Source of the DNA: Promethearchaeota archaeon
GTDB lineage: Archaea; Asgardarchaeota; Lokiarchaeia; Sigyniarchaeales; SOKP01
Length of the DNA stretch: 64,000 bases
NCBI GenBank assembly: GCA_019894975.1
Contig: JAGXNO010000009.1
Span: 19,644-83,643 of the forward strand
Direction: 5' to 3'
Positions 1 through 9,325 of the stretch are shown piece by piece. Made by a program: the position numbers and the translations under genes. The stretch's first letter is position 1. Each line of letters opens with the position of its first letter. The notes below the pieces were generated by a model, which worked only from the letters and a program-made list of their open reading frames with translations, made no database searches and was not told where the DNA came from.

Positions 1-2
1 TT

Positions 3-887
3 TCATTTGAGCGAGTAATGCCCGGGAAATTGCTTGAATACATTACAGATTTTCCGAGAGTGATTGGGGGAGGATGTGAAAGGGCTAATGAGAATGCTAA
101 ATTTCTTTATGGAAAAGTAGTAAAAGAAGAACTTCAGGTTACCGATACTTTAACAGCAGAATTGACAAAATGTATAGAAAACACATATAGAGACATAAAT
201 ATAGCATTTTCTAATGAAATGGCTTTAGTAGCGGAAGATTTCAATCGAAATATATTCGAAGTAATTAAACTGATAAACTATAGGCATGATAGGATGATGC
301 ATTTTCCTGGTAGCGGAGTTGGGGGGCATTGTTTGACGAAGGATCCATGGTTACTGATGTATGGTCTTGAAACATACACACCTAAGAAATATTTTGACCG
401 AGTTAAAATTTTGCCTTATGGTAGAGAACTGAATGATTTTATGCCGGAACATATGGTTGAATTGATGGAAGATGCTTTAATGGAAGCTGACAAACATGAT
501 AATTTAAAGATTGCTTTAATGGGAGTTGCATATAAAGCTGATTGTGATGATACACGAAATACACCCACTGAAAGAATAATTCACTTTCTGAAAAATCGAT
601 ATCATTCTCATAATATAGAATATATTGCCCATGATCCATGGGTAAGAGAAAAAGATTACAACGAAACTGAATTAACATCTGATTATGATAAAGCAGTTAA
701 GGATGCAGATGTGTTAATTTTCGCAACTAATCATAAAGAGTATTATTCCATAAACCTCGATGATTTAAAACATAAAATGCGAAATAAACCAATTATCATT
801 GATGGACGTAATATATTTGATAAGGGATTGCTAAAAGCAAATGATTTTATCTATAGAAAAATAGGGGAAGGGTCAAAAAATAATTAA
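3..887 (+). CDS. Nucleotide-sugar dehydrogenase (UDP-ManNAc/UDP-glucose dehydrogenase family, WecC-like), 5'-truncated by the window edge
   Basis: Frame is open from the window start (SFERVMPG). AELTKCIENTYRDINIAFSNE, catalytic GVGGHCLTKDP, YKADCDDTRNTP, IIDGRN. Confidence 0.9.
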   Translation, partial: SFERVMPGKLLEYITDFPRVIGGGCERANENAKFLYGKVVKEELQVTDTLTAELTKCIENTYRDINIAFSNEMALVAEDFNRNIFEVIKLINYRHDRMMHFPGSGVGGHCLTKDPWLLMYGLETYTPKKYFDRVKILPYGRELNDFMPEHMVELMEDALMEADKHDNLKIALMGVAYKADCDDTRNTPTERIIHFLKNRYHSHNIEYIAHDPWVREKDYNETELTSDYDKAVKDADVLIFATNHKEYYSINLDDLKHKMRNKPIIIDGRNIFDKGLLKANDFIYRKIGEGSKNN

Positions 888-911
888 AACTAAATAAAAA
901 AGACTTTGTTA

Positions 912-942
912 TAATCTCTAGTTCTTGCAGAACTCAAAATTA
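912..942 (-). promoter_or_regulatory. 3' hairpin downstream of micro-ORF 977-1123 (candidate SECIS-like element or terminator)
   Basis: Minus strand TAATTTTGAGTTCT-GCA-AGAACTAGAGATTA forms a 14-position stem with two G-U pairs and one mismatch. Related in sequence to 1275-1309. Confidence 0.4.
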
Positions 943-976
943 AATCCTAACGTTTTTTGATTTAATTTCTTGAGAC

Positions 977-1123
977 TTATTTATTATTTGGGGTTTCTGC
1001 TAAATCTTCCTTTACCATTTGTAATTTTCGTGCTCTTTGATACCACATATTAACCATTGATCAAGTTGTAGCATAACAACCATCATCAAATTCTAAATCC
1101 AGATAATCTTCTTCTTCTTCCAT
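977..1123 (-). CDS. Putative 48-aa micro-protein with in-frame TGA at codon 21 (candidate selenoprotein)
   Basis: Manual translation MEEEEDYLDLEFDDGCYATT-[TGA 1063-1061]-SMVNMWYQRARKLQMVKEDLAETPNNK-TAA. Not in the ORF track. Confidence 0.55.
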
Positions 1124-1274
1124 TGTTAAAAACCAATTTGTTTTTTAATTAATTTGAAACAGATGAGAGATTAAAGGGTGCTGATCATAAAAGATAAAAT
1201 CCGATGAGAATAAGTTAATTTTTTATAAAGATAAGAGTAATTTTAATAATTATAAATAAAATAAGTAGGAAATT

Positions 1275-1309
1275 TAATCTCCAATTCTTTGCGGAATTTC
1301 TAAGAATGG
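1275..1309 (-). promoter_or_regulatory. 3' hairpin downstream of micro-ORF 1328-1489 (candidate SECIS-like element or terminator)
   Basis: Minus strand CCATTCTTAGAAATTC-CGCAAA-GAATTGGAGATTA. Shares the TTC-YGCAA(A)-GAAYTRGAGATTA pattern with 912-942. Confidence 0.4.
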
Positions 1310-1327
1310 CTTCTAGCATTTAATAAG

Positions 1328-1489
1328 CTATTCTTTGAGATTTTTTTTATTTTGTTTGGTTTCTTTTCTTAATTTTCGTTTAAGTCTTAAATTTTTAATA
1401 CTATTCATGATTTGATCGACTGTAACTCACCCTGATTTATAGGGATCATTACAGAACGATGTATTAATTCTATCTTTCCACTCAGACAT
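1328..1489 (-). CDS. Putative 53-aa micro-protein with in-frame TGA at codon 21 (candidate selenoprotein)
   Basis: Manual translation MSEWKDRINTSFCNDPYKSG-[TGA 1429-1427]-VTVDQIMNSIKNLRLKRKLRKETKQNKKNLKE-TAG. Not in the ORF track. Confidence 0.55.
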
Positions 1490-1676
1490 TTGAATCAATT
1501 ATTTGTTAGTTTTTTAGTTATAAAATAGAGAGAAAAATAAATATCTTATTTTTATGGTAGATAAGTTAGAGGATCTCTATGTGTAAACACCCTCCTATAT
1601 AGTAATTTTTGGAATAAATTTTTAAAAACGAACTCTAACATATATTTAAACTTGTAAATTTGAAAAAGTGATTTAA

Positions 1677-2354
1677 ATGATTTTTGATTATTGGGATGCA
1701 ATTCGAGGTTTTTTTAGTTGGGTTGGTGAATCCGCCGCAATAATGATGGTTTTAAGTGGTTTAATGGCAATTACTTGGCTAGGTTTAGAAAGGAAGCGGA
1801 GAGGATCATTCACCAAAAGAAAAGTAGAAATAGAGTTTGTTGTAACAAGGTTTTTACGGGGATTATCTTATCTTGGTTTGGTTCTGGGGATATTTGTGGT
1901 GTGGTCGGGCGCTATTGGGTTAATAAGAAACATACCCCCTAGTTTTGAATACCGAGACGTCACCGAAGATGCTGCTAATCATTTTACATGCATCTTTTTG
2001 ATAGTTATAGGAATTGTGATGTTTATGAAGCCAATCAGCGATCTTCCACTGTCAAGTATTATTGGTCTCTTAGCCGGAACTGCTACGGTTGTCATAATTG
2101 CCTTACTCGTACCAGAAGGAGCGGTTCAATTAATTGCCGGAGTAATAGATCCAAAATGGCTGCTGGTTATAATTTTTGTTATAATAACAGTAATCGTTGC
2201 GCTTACGGTGAAATTTTATGTGGGTGTGTTAAAAACGATATCAAAATTTCTGTCGTGGCCTCCTGTAGCATTTGTAGTTATGATTTTTTGCTTAGTTCAA
2301 GGGTTTGCGTTATGGATTTGGGGTGTAAGTATCTTCGGTTTAAACCTCTTATAA
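1677..2354 (+). CDS. Hypothetical integral membrane protein (about 6 TM)
   Basis: 225-aa ORF with several long hydrophobic segments. Confidence 0.8.
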   Translation: MIFDYWDAIRGFFSWVGESAAIMMVLSGLMAITWLGLERKRRGSFTKRKVEIEFVVTRFLRGLSYLGLVLGIFVVWSGAIGLIRNIPPSFEYRDVTEDAANHFTCIFLIVIGIVMFMKPISDLPLSSIIGLLAGTATVVIIALLVPEGAVQLIAGVIDPKWLLVIIFVIITVIVALTVKFYVGVLKTISKFLSWPPVAFVVMIFCLVQGFALWIWGVSIFGLNLL

Positions 2355-2473
2355 TTTAAATAATTTTTTTTATATTTTTTTTGTTTGAGAATATAATTAT
2401 TTTCAGATTTTAGTACCAATTTTAATAAAAAGGAAACATTATTTTAGCTTAACCACGAAGTTAATGAAAAAAA

Positions 2474-2743
2474 ATGGCTGGAATTAAAGAGATAAGAAAA
2501 GAACTTACAGAATTAAGAACTAGTATGAATAGATTAACAGAAGAATTACATGAAACTAATATCACTATAAGGGAATCTTTAAAATTAACATCTCAAACTA
2601 TTACAGAAATGAGTAAATCATTAGATGCTACAATGAGAACGATGTCAGATTTGACCATTCAAATGAATATAAGAGAAACCATTTTAAAGAGTCTCGGAAT
2701 TGATGGGATGATTCCAGATTTTCTTAAAAAAAAAAAGAAGTAA
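2474..2743 (+). CDS. Hypothetical coiled-coil protein with polybasic C-terminus
   Basis: Heptad-like IKEIRKELTELRTSMNRLTEELHE. Ends FLKKKKK. Confidence 0.75.
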   Translation: MAGIKEIRKELTELRTSMNRLTEELHETNITIRESLKLTSQTITEMSKSLDATMRTMSDLTIQMNIRETILKSLGIDGMIPDFLKKKKK

Positions 2744-2754
2744 ACATCCCCTTT

Positions 2755-2940
2755 TTATTCCTTTTCCCATCTTGTTAGAACAAAATATGCGATAACTAGG
2801 GATATCATATAAACCACTGTAATTAATGACCATAAAACAACTTCATTTGAGTTGTTTTCAATTACTCCGACTATAGCTTTATATATAAAATAGATGCTAA
2901 ATAGGGCTAACAGTCTAATTGTTGATCGTGCTTTATCCAT
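2755..2940 (-). CDS. Small 2-TM membrane protein
   Basis: 61 aa with two hydrophobic helices. Confidence 0.7.
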   Translation of the reverse strand: MDKARSTIRLLALFSIYFIYKAIVGVIENNSNEVVLWSLITVVYMISLVIAYFVLTRWEKE

Positions 2941-3024
2941 GATTCATTATAAACTAATATTTAATGATTAAAGTAATATATTACTTAGAATTTAATTAAT
3001 TTAATTAAATTATTAATTTAAAAA

Positions 3025-3231
3025 ATGTCAGATATGTCAACTCCTCCTGAATGTTTTATTTGTAAAAAAACCAGTGAAAGATCAATAGAAAATAGTTACT
3101 ATTGTATATGCGATGTTGCTATATGCCCTGACTGTGTTAATTCTACTAAAAAAAATGACAAAACTTGGATTTGTCCTCATTGTAAAGAAGAAAATAACTT
3201 AGAAGAAAGTAGATTATTCCGATCATCATAA
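3025..3231 (+). CDS. Stand-alone C4C4 RING-type zinc-finger protein
   Basis: C-x2-C-x13-C-x-C-x4-C-x2-C-x12-C-x2-C. Confidence 0.75.
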   Translation: MSDMSTPPECFICKKTSERSIENSYYCICDVAICPDCVNSTKKNDKTWICPHCKEENNLEESRLFRSS

Positions 3232-3437
3232 GATAATTTTCGTTTCTTAAGCTATGATGAAAAAAAAATTAATTATGATTTCATTAAAATGATATCATTG
3301 AGGAAGACTGAGTTTAAGAAACATATTTTATTATGAGTTATAATATTTCATCTTGGTAGAAAAAAGTGGAAAGATATAAACTATTATGGTTTTCTGAATT
3401 TTATTATCTAATTAAATAATTTTTATGGTGGTATAAA

Positions 3438-3926
3438 TTGACTGCAAACATCATTACAAAAGTAGTAGAATTAGATAATTGTAATAAAGATTTACTCATA
3501 AAGGCGCTTTACACAGAAAAATTTTGGGAGATTACTAATCCGGCAAAAAAAATCGACGCAAAGTTCATCGCACCTAATGTATTATATAGCAAAATAACTG
3601 ATGAGATTGTGAAAATTCCTGTCGAAATGGAAGGAGAACTAGTATTACAAGATGAAGGAGAGCAAGAAGAAGGAAAAGGACGATTAATTGAACTTAATGT
3701 TCGTAATAATGAAGATGTTAGAGAACTTGAGGGAAGAATAAGGATTAAAGCGTTAACACCTACCAAAACAAAGTTTGGTATATATATAAAGAGTTTTAAA
3801 TTAGGATCTGATTTTTCGAGTTTAATAGGGGGGGTAGCAGAATTAACTTTGAGAAATAAGATCACAGAAATGTTAAGAAAGCTAGAACGTTGGCTTAGAA
3901 CCAACTCTTTAAATGATTTACTATAA
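3438..3926 (+). CDS. Hypothetical protein, possible START/SRPBCC (CoxG-like) fold
   Basis: TTG start after GGTGG SD. Beta-rich core with a long C-terminal helix (AELTLRNKITEMLRKLERWL). Confidence 0.6.
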   Translation: MTANIITKVVELDNCNKDLLIKALYTEKFWEITNPAKKIDAKFIAPNVLYSKITDEIVKIPVEMEGELVLQDEGEQEEGKGRLIELNVRNNEDVRELEGRIRIKALTPTKTKFGIYIKSFKLGSDFSSLIGGVAELTLRNKITEMLRKLERWLRTNSLNDLL

Positions 3927-4082
3927 CATTTTTTACCGAGATCTATTGTTAATAGTGAATTTATAAGGTTTAAATCCATAACTTAATTAAGTCTTAAAAT
4001 TATTTTCTTTATCCTAAGAATTTAGTGAGAGATTTAGAAGAATATTTTTATATCAGGTACATACTCGTTTAGGTGTTTTGAG

Positions 4083-4928
4083 ATTAACATTTGGATCTTA
4101 GAATCTGATTCAGGAATTACATTGGTATATAAACCGTATATGGATTTCCCTGTTAACGAGGATCTCGTTTCGGGACTTTTAACGGCGCTTAATCAGTTCA
4201 CTATAGTAGAATTTAAGCAGGGCATTGATTCTATAGAAATGGGTGGCCTAAGATGGGTTTATATTCAAGATAAAGAAACTAACTTATTATTTATTGCCGC
4301 AGATTCTAAAGCCATAAGCACAGATATGCTTAGATCGAGATTAGACGTCATTCGGCACACATTTATCCAACAGTATGCAAATTCTAAAAATCGCTGGAAG
4401 GATAAATGGACAGGCAATGTTGAGGTTTACAAACCGTTTGAGAATGTTATTGATGAATACTATACCCAGTGGATACAAGCTGAACGTATAACCACAGTTG
4501 CTGAATTTTTCGATATATTAGGTATCTTTCAACAGATCCTAAATTTAATAATGAACGTTATTGAAGGACATCTGTTTGCAAAAAAAAAGCAGAGAATTTA
4601 TAAGAAAATTGAAAAAATGTTTAAAAATTATACAAAGTTAGAGATTGTGAAGAAAAATCCAGAATTGAGCAATATCGTATTTCACAGAAAGACTGGAATT
4701 AATATTATTAATATTAATCCTATGAACTGTGATATGCTTGTTGTAGAGAAACAAATTATAAATTTAATTAAGCGAATGGTAGAAATCCTTAAGGATGAGG
4801 AAGAATATTTTGAATCCTTGAAATTTTTTGTTGATGAAAATATTTTTGAGTATCTTCTCTCGAATTTTTCTCTTTTAAATGATTTAAACTTGTTCATTTT
4901 TTTAATCAAACTTTTTCTAATGAAGTAA
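4083..4928 (+). CDS. Longin-like domain protein (Asgard eukaryotic-signature type); start probably ATT 4083 rather than TTG 4122
   Basis: INIWILESDSGITLVYKPY...DLVSGLLTALNQF...IDSIEMGGLRWVYI...LLFIAA matches the longin beta-beta-alpha-beta-beta-beta-alpha pattern. AGGTG lies 7 nt before the ATT. Confidence 0.7.
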   Translation: MNIWILESDSGITLVYKPYMDFPVNEDLVSGLLTALNQFTIVEFKQGIDSIEMGGLRWVYIQDKETNLLFIAADSKAISTDMLRSRLDVIRHTFIQQYANSKNRWKDKWTGNVEVYKPFENVIDEYYTQWIQAERITTVAEFFDILGIFQQILNLIMNVIEGHLFAKKKQRIYKKIEKMFKNYTKLEIVKKNPELSNIVFHRKTGINIININPMNCDMLVVEKQIINLIKRMVEILKDEEEYFESLKFFVDENIFEYLLSNFSLLNDLNLFIFLIKLFLMK

Positions 4929-5111
4929 TCTATCTTTAATCTCTTGAATTTATTCGGCTAAATTTAGATAGATGTAGAAGTTATAAATCAGATCTTTAGT
5001 ATTCTTAACTTTTTACTACTCAAGTTAAGGAAAATTAATTTTAAATAGATTTATTAAAAGATGTTTATTAAAAATATTAATTGACTTCAAATATTTAATT
5101 TCGAAATAATA

Positions 5112-6413
5112 ATGGAACCCGCACTGCTTATTATAATTTTCATTCTATTTATCTTAATTATTTTAAGTTATACGAAATCGGATTTAGATTTCGTAGCGAT
5201 CTCACTTTTATGTTGCTTTATTGCCGCCTCAATCACGGGATTAGTCAAAGGGATAGGATTTGATAGGTTTATAGGATTTATTGAATGGGAAGCAATTATT
5301 ATAATACTTAGTATGAGTATTATCACAAAGATAGCCCAGGATTCCAACATTTTGGAATTTGTAGCTGTAAAACTATTTAAATTGTCAAAAGGGGAACAAA
5401 GAATTTTCTTTTGGTTTCTCTGCGTAATAACTACTCTTTTGGCGGCGATAATAAGTGATGTTGTTGTGGTTCTAATACTGGCACCTATTGTAATTAGACT
5501 TTGTCACTTTCTTAAAATAAGAGCTGGAACATATCTACTCGGAATGACGATTTGTATCAACATCGGTTCAATACTGACCCCCTTCTCAAGTGGAGAAAAT
5601 ATTATCATTTCTACTGCATTTGCAGAGCTTGATACCCTTTACTTTATTCAGTTTTATTGGGTAATTTCATTCATTTTATTATTTGGGACAATTTTTCTAT
5701 TGGATAAATTTCTTTTGAGTAAAGAACCAAAAATAGAAGAACTTCAAAAAAAGTTTGTTATTGATTTAGTAAATACTGATATCATAGTAAAGAATAAAAA
5801 AATGTTCTACTTTAATGGCATAGCAATACTTATAACAATCGCATTGTTTGGTATTCTTCCACTGCTTTATTTAACGGCTGTAATTTCAGCTTTGATTTTA
5901 GTACTCGTAAACAGAAATCATACAAAAAAACCGATGAGTGAACTCTTAAAAGATATTGAGTGGGAAATCTTATTCTTCTTCATATCACTCTATGTAGTTG
6001 TTGGATGTCTTGTGGAAGCGGGATTTGGAGAAATCTTTGAAATAATACCGTTTGAAACCTTAAATCCTTTTCTATTAGCGCTAATAATTCTGTTAATAAT
6101 TAGTTTTATTTCAGGAGTCGTTGCAAATACTCCAACTGCGTTAATCTTTATCCCAATAACAGGACTATTAATTGATGGTTTTGGTTTTTCATCAGTTCCC
6201 TTACTTTTTTCTCTGGTAATAGGCATCAACCTTGGGGGCAACTTTTTACCCTCTGGGGCAGCTTGTGATATGATGACTCTAAAAATTGCCCGAGATTCAG
6301 GGGTAGAGAATTTTAGTTATAAACGGTTGTTTAAGGTAGGTGCTATATTTGCTTTTATTCACATTGGAATATCAATATTGTACCTATTACCTTTAGTACT
6401 AATTTTTGGATAA
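5112..6413 (+). CDS. ArsB/NhaD/SLC13 (CitMHS) family ion/anion permease
   Basis: More than 10 TM. INIGSILTPFSSGENII, SGVVANTP, GINLGGNFLPSGAA. Confidence 0.85.
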   Translation: MEPALLIIIFILFILIILSYTKSDLDFVAISLLCCFIAASITGLVKGIGFDRFIGFIEWEAIIIILSMSIITKIAQDSNILEFVAVKLFKLSKGEQRIFFWFLCVITTLLAAIISDVVVVLILAPIVIRLCHFLKIRAGTYLLGMTICINIGSILTPFSSGENIIISTAFAELDTLYFIQFYWVISFILLFGTIFLLDKFLLSKEPKIEELQKKFVIDLVNTDIIVKNKKMFYFNGIAILITIALFGILPLLYLTAVISALILVLVNRNHTKKPMSELLKDIEWEILFFFISLYVVVGCLVEAGFGEIFEIIPFETLNPFLLALIILLIISFISGVVANTPTALIFIPITGLLIDGFGFSSVPLLFSLVIGINLGGNFLPSGAACDMMTLKIARDSGVENFSYKRLFKVGAIFAFIHIGISILYLLPLVLIFG

Positions 6414-6443
6414 AAAGAATAAAAAAGAAATTAATATCTTAAG

Positions 6444-7694
6444 TTAAATCCAACCTCTAAGCCTCATTGCAGATATTACTCTCTCAAGAGCGATAACATA
6501 TGCTCCCATCCTGTTATGGGTATCAAATTTCCCTGATTGTTCAATTGTGGAACGATAAGCCCTTGTCATGACTCTATCTAATGCTTCAAAAACTTCACTT
6601 TCTGTCCAAAAATATCGGTAATATCCTTGAACCATTTCAAAATACGAAACAGTAACTCCGCCCGCATTGCATAAGAAATCGGGTATAACCAGTACTCCTT
6701 TTTCAAATAGAGTAGTATCTGCATCTGGAGTGGTAGGACCATTTGCTAATTCCGCAATAATTTTGGTGTTTATATTATCTGCGTTACTACTTGTTATAAC
6801 ATGTTCTAATGCTGCGGGTACTAGCACATCACATTCTAACTCTAGTAATTCTTCGTTAGAAATTTCTTTAGTACCCTTAGTGCCAACAACAGACCTTGTT
6901 TTTTCTTTATGTTCACCTGCCACATACGGATTAATGCCGTCTTCGCTATAAATTCCACCTCTAGAATCTGAAACCGCAATAATTTTACACCCAAAATCAT
7001 CATGTAAAATTTTGGCTGCCCAAGAGCCGGCATTACCATAACCTTGAACAGCAACTCTTGCGCCATTTAGGTTTAAATTGATGTCTTTTGCAGCCTCTCT
7101 AACAGTATAGACACCACCCTTTGCTGTTGCAATTGATCTTCCGGCACTACCTCCTAGAGGTAATGGTTTTCCAGTAATAACTGAGGGAGCATGATGGCGT
7201 ACTATTTGTTCATATTCATCTTGCATGTATGCCATAATCTGTGGATTGGTGTATACATCTGGAGCTGGAACATCGATATTAGGCCCTATAAAATCTGCGA
7301 GACGTCTGATATAGCTTCTTGCTAAAGTTTCTATTTCCCTATTACTCATTTCTTTAGGATTACAAATAATTCCCCCCTTCGCACCACCTAAAGGAATATC
7401 GACACAGGCTGTCTTCCATGTCATCCATGCAGATAATGCTTTTACGAGAGATGCAGATTCTTCGGGGTGCCATCTAATCCCTCCTTTCATAGGACCTCTT
7501 GCGGAATTATATTGACTTCTGAAACCACGGAATGTTTTAAGTGCCCCATCATCCATTTTCATGGTAATTTTGATTTGAACAAAACGTTCTGGTTCTGAAA
7601 GAGCATCATATAATTCACGATCATACCCTACCATCTTACAAGCATCGTGAAGTTGTTGTTGAGCAATAGAAAAAGGATCTAAATTCTCACTCAT
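6444..7694 (-). CDS. gdhA: Glutamate dehydrogenase
   Basis: GPMKGGIRWHP, MTWKTA, GGAKGG, VPAPDV, VQGYGNAG, AELANGPTT, NAGGVTVSYFE. ATG at 7694 preferred. Confidence 0.95.
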   Translation of the reverse strand: MSENLDPFSIAQQQLHDACKMVGYDRELYDALSEPERFVQIKITMKMDDGALKTFRGFRSQYNSARGPMKGGIRWHPEESASLVKALSAWMTWKTACVDIPLGGAKGGIICNPKEMSNREIETLARSYIRRLADFIGPNIDVPAPDVYTNPQIMAYMQDEYEQIVRHHAPSVITGKPLPLGGSAGRSIATAKGGVYTVREAAKDINLNLNGARVAVQGYGNAGSWAAKILHDDFGCKIIAVSDSRGGIYSEDGINPYVAGEHKEKTRSVVGTKGTKEISNEELLELECDVLVPAALEHVITSSNADNINTKIIAELANGPTTPDADTTLFEKGVLVIPDFLCNAGGVTVSYFEMVQGYYRYFWTESEVFEALDRVMTRAYRSTIEQSGKFDTHNRMGAYVIALERVISAMRLRGWI

Positions 7695-7921
7695 CTTAAT
7701 CAATTTTGTTATAAGTTTTATTCATAACTATCAGAATGAATTTTTTTCATTTTTATGAAAACAATATAGATATATTCTGAATGAACTTGAGTTTTTTTTT
7801 ATACTATTTGAATATTAAATTATAATATATAACCTTAGAAATAAAAGTTTGCTGAGTTTACTATGGGAATGTTTGGGGGAAAAATGTGAGTACTTGAACC
7901 CTCGAGTAATATCTTAAGTAT

Positions 7922-9310
7922 TTATGGCATTTTAGGTTTTAAATATTGATTTATTGCTTTTGCGGCTATACGTCCAGCACCCATAGCACTTATAACGGTT
8001 GCCGAACCAGTTACAATATCTCCTCCCGCAAAAATTCCATCTATGTTAGTTTTGCCATTTTCATCAGCTTTAATATAGCCCCACTTAGTTAAATTTAATT
8101 CTGGAATTGATTTTGTTAAAATAGGGTTTGCATTTGCCCCAATAGCTATAATAACAGTATCACATCTTATTAGATACTCTGAATTCTCAATTGGTATTGG
8201 CCTAGGTCTTCCAGAGTCATCAGGTTCACCTAACTGCATCTTAGCCACTTCAATTTGGTTAATATATCCATCAGGATCTCCTAAAAATCTTACGGGATTT
8301 GACAGAAATTGAAATTCAATTCCTTCTTCTATAGCATGATGATATTCTTCTTTTCTTGCAGGCATTTCTGTTTCAGTTCTTCTATAGACAATAATCACTT
8401 TTTCAGCACCAAGCCGTAATGCGACACGAGCGGAATCTAAAGCAGTATTTCCTCCCCCAATAACTGCTATAACTTTTCCTATTTTAATAGGCGTATCATA
8501 TTCAGGAAATTTATATGCTTTCATCAAATTCGCTCTTGTTAAAAACTCATTCGCAGTTAGAACACCATTTAGATTCATTCCGGGAATTTTTCGCATTGAA
8601 GGCAATCCTGCACCTACTCCTATAAAAAATGCTTTATAATCCATATCTCTCAGTTCGTCTATCAGTAACGTCTTCCCAATGATCTTATTATACTCAAAAT
8701 TTACCCCAAGCATTTTTAACGTCTCAATTTCATCCTCAACAATCTCTTTAGGAAGTCTAAATTCTGGTATCCCATAAACTAAAACACCACCTCCTTTATG
8801 AAATGCTTCAAAAACGGTCACATCATATCCATATCGGGCTAAATCCGCAGCACAAGTAAGTCCTGATGGACCTGAACCAATTACAGCTACTTTTATGTTA
8901 TTTGGGGGTTCACAATCGGGACACTCCTTTAACTGATTTCTTCTTTCCCAATCTGCCACATATCTCTCAAGGGCTCCAATTGCTACAGGTTCCCACCTTT
9001 TACTTAGAACGCACGCTTTTTCACACTGAAGTTCTTGAGGACAAACCCTTCCACAAATCGCCGGTAAAATATTATATTCTTTTATACTCCGAATTGCTTC
9101 GATTAAATTATCTTCTTTGATTAATCTGATAAATTCAGGTATATCAATATTAACGGGGCACCCATCGATACATTTAGGTTCACCACACTGTAAACATCTT
9201 TCTGATTCTGTTTTAGCCATCTCTTCAGTAAAACCTAAGGCAACTTCAGAAAAATTATGAGCTCTTTCAAAAGGATCTTGTTCTCTCATTTTTTGTCTTG
9301 GGATTTTCAC
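7922..9310 (-). CDS. sudA: NADPH-dependent flavoprotein, NfnB/SudA (GltD-like) large subunit
   Basis: RCLQC..C..GCPV, CGRVCPQELQCE, IGSGPSG, IGGGNTA, GGDIVTGSATVI. Lies directly after a SudB-like gene. Confidence 0.9.
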   Translation of the reverse strand: MKIPRQKMREQDPFERAHNFSEVALGFTEEMAKTESERCLQCGEPKCIDGCPVNIDIPEFIRLIKEDNLIEAIRSIKEYNILPAICGRVCPQELQCEKACVLSKRWEPVAIGALERYVADWERRNQLKECPDCEPPNNIKVAVIGSGPSGLTCAADLARYGYDVTVFEAFHKGGGVLVYGIPEFRLPKEIVEDEIETLKMLGVNFEYNKIIGKTLLIDELRDMDYKAFFIGVGAGLPSMRKIPGMNLNGVLTANEFLTRANLMKAYKFPEYDTPIKIGKVIAVIGGGNTALDSARVALRLGAEKVIIVYRRTETEMPARKEEYHHAIEEGIEFQFLSNPVRFLGDPDGYINQIEVAKMQLGEPDDSGRPRPIPIENSEYLIRCDTVIIAIGANANPILTKSIPELNLTKWGYIKADENGKTNIDGIFAGGDIVTGSATVISAMGAGRIAAKAINQYLKPKMP

Positions 9311-9325
9311 TCTTTAGCCCCCTTT

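Noticed and set aside
1124-1327. Canonical eukaryote-like SECIS (AUGA...AA...GA) after the micro-ORFs
   Set aside because: One ATGA exists on the minus strand near 1188, but I could not build the required helix and GA quartet.
7922-9310. Calling this gene glutamate synthase small subunit gltD
   Set aside because: Pairing with a SudB/NfnA gene indicates NfnAB/SudAB, and no full-length gltB is adjacent.
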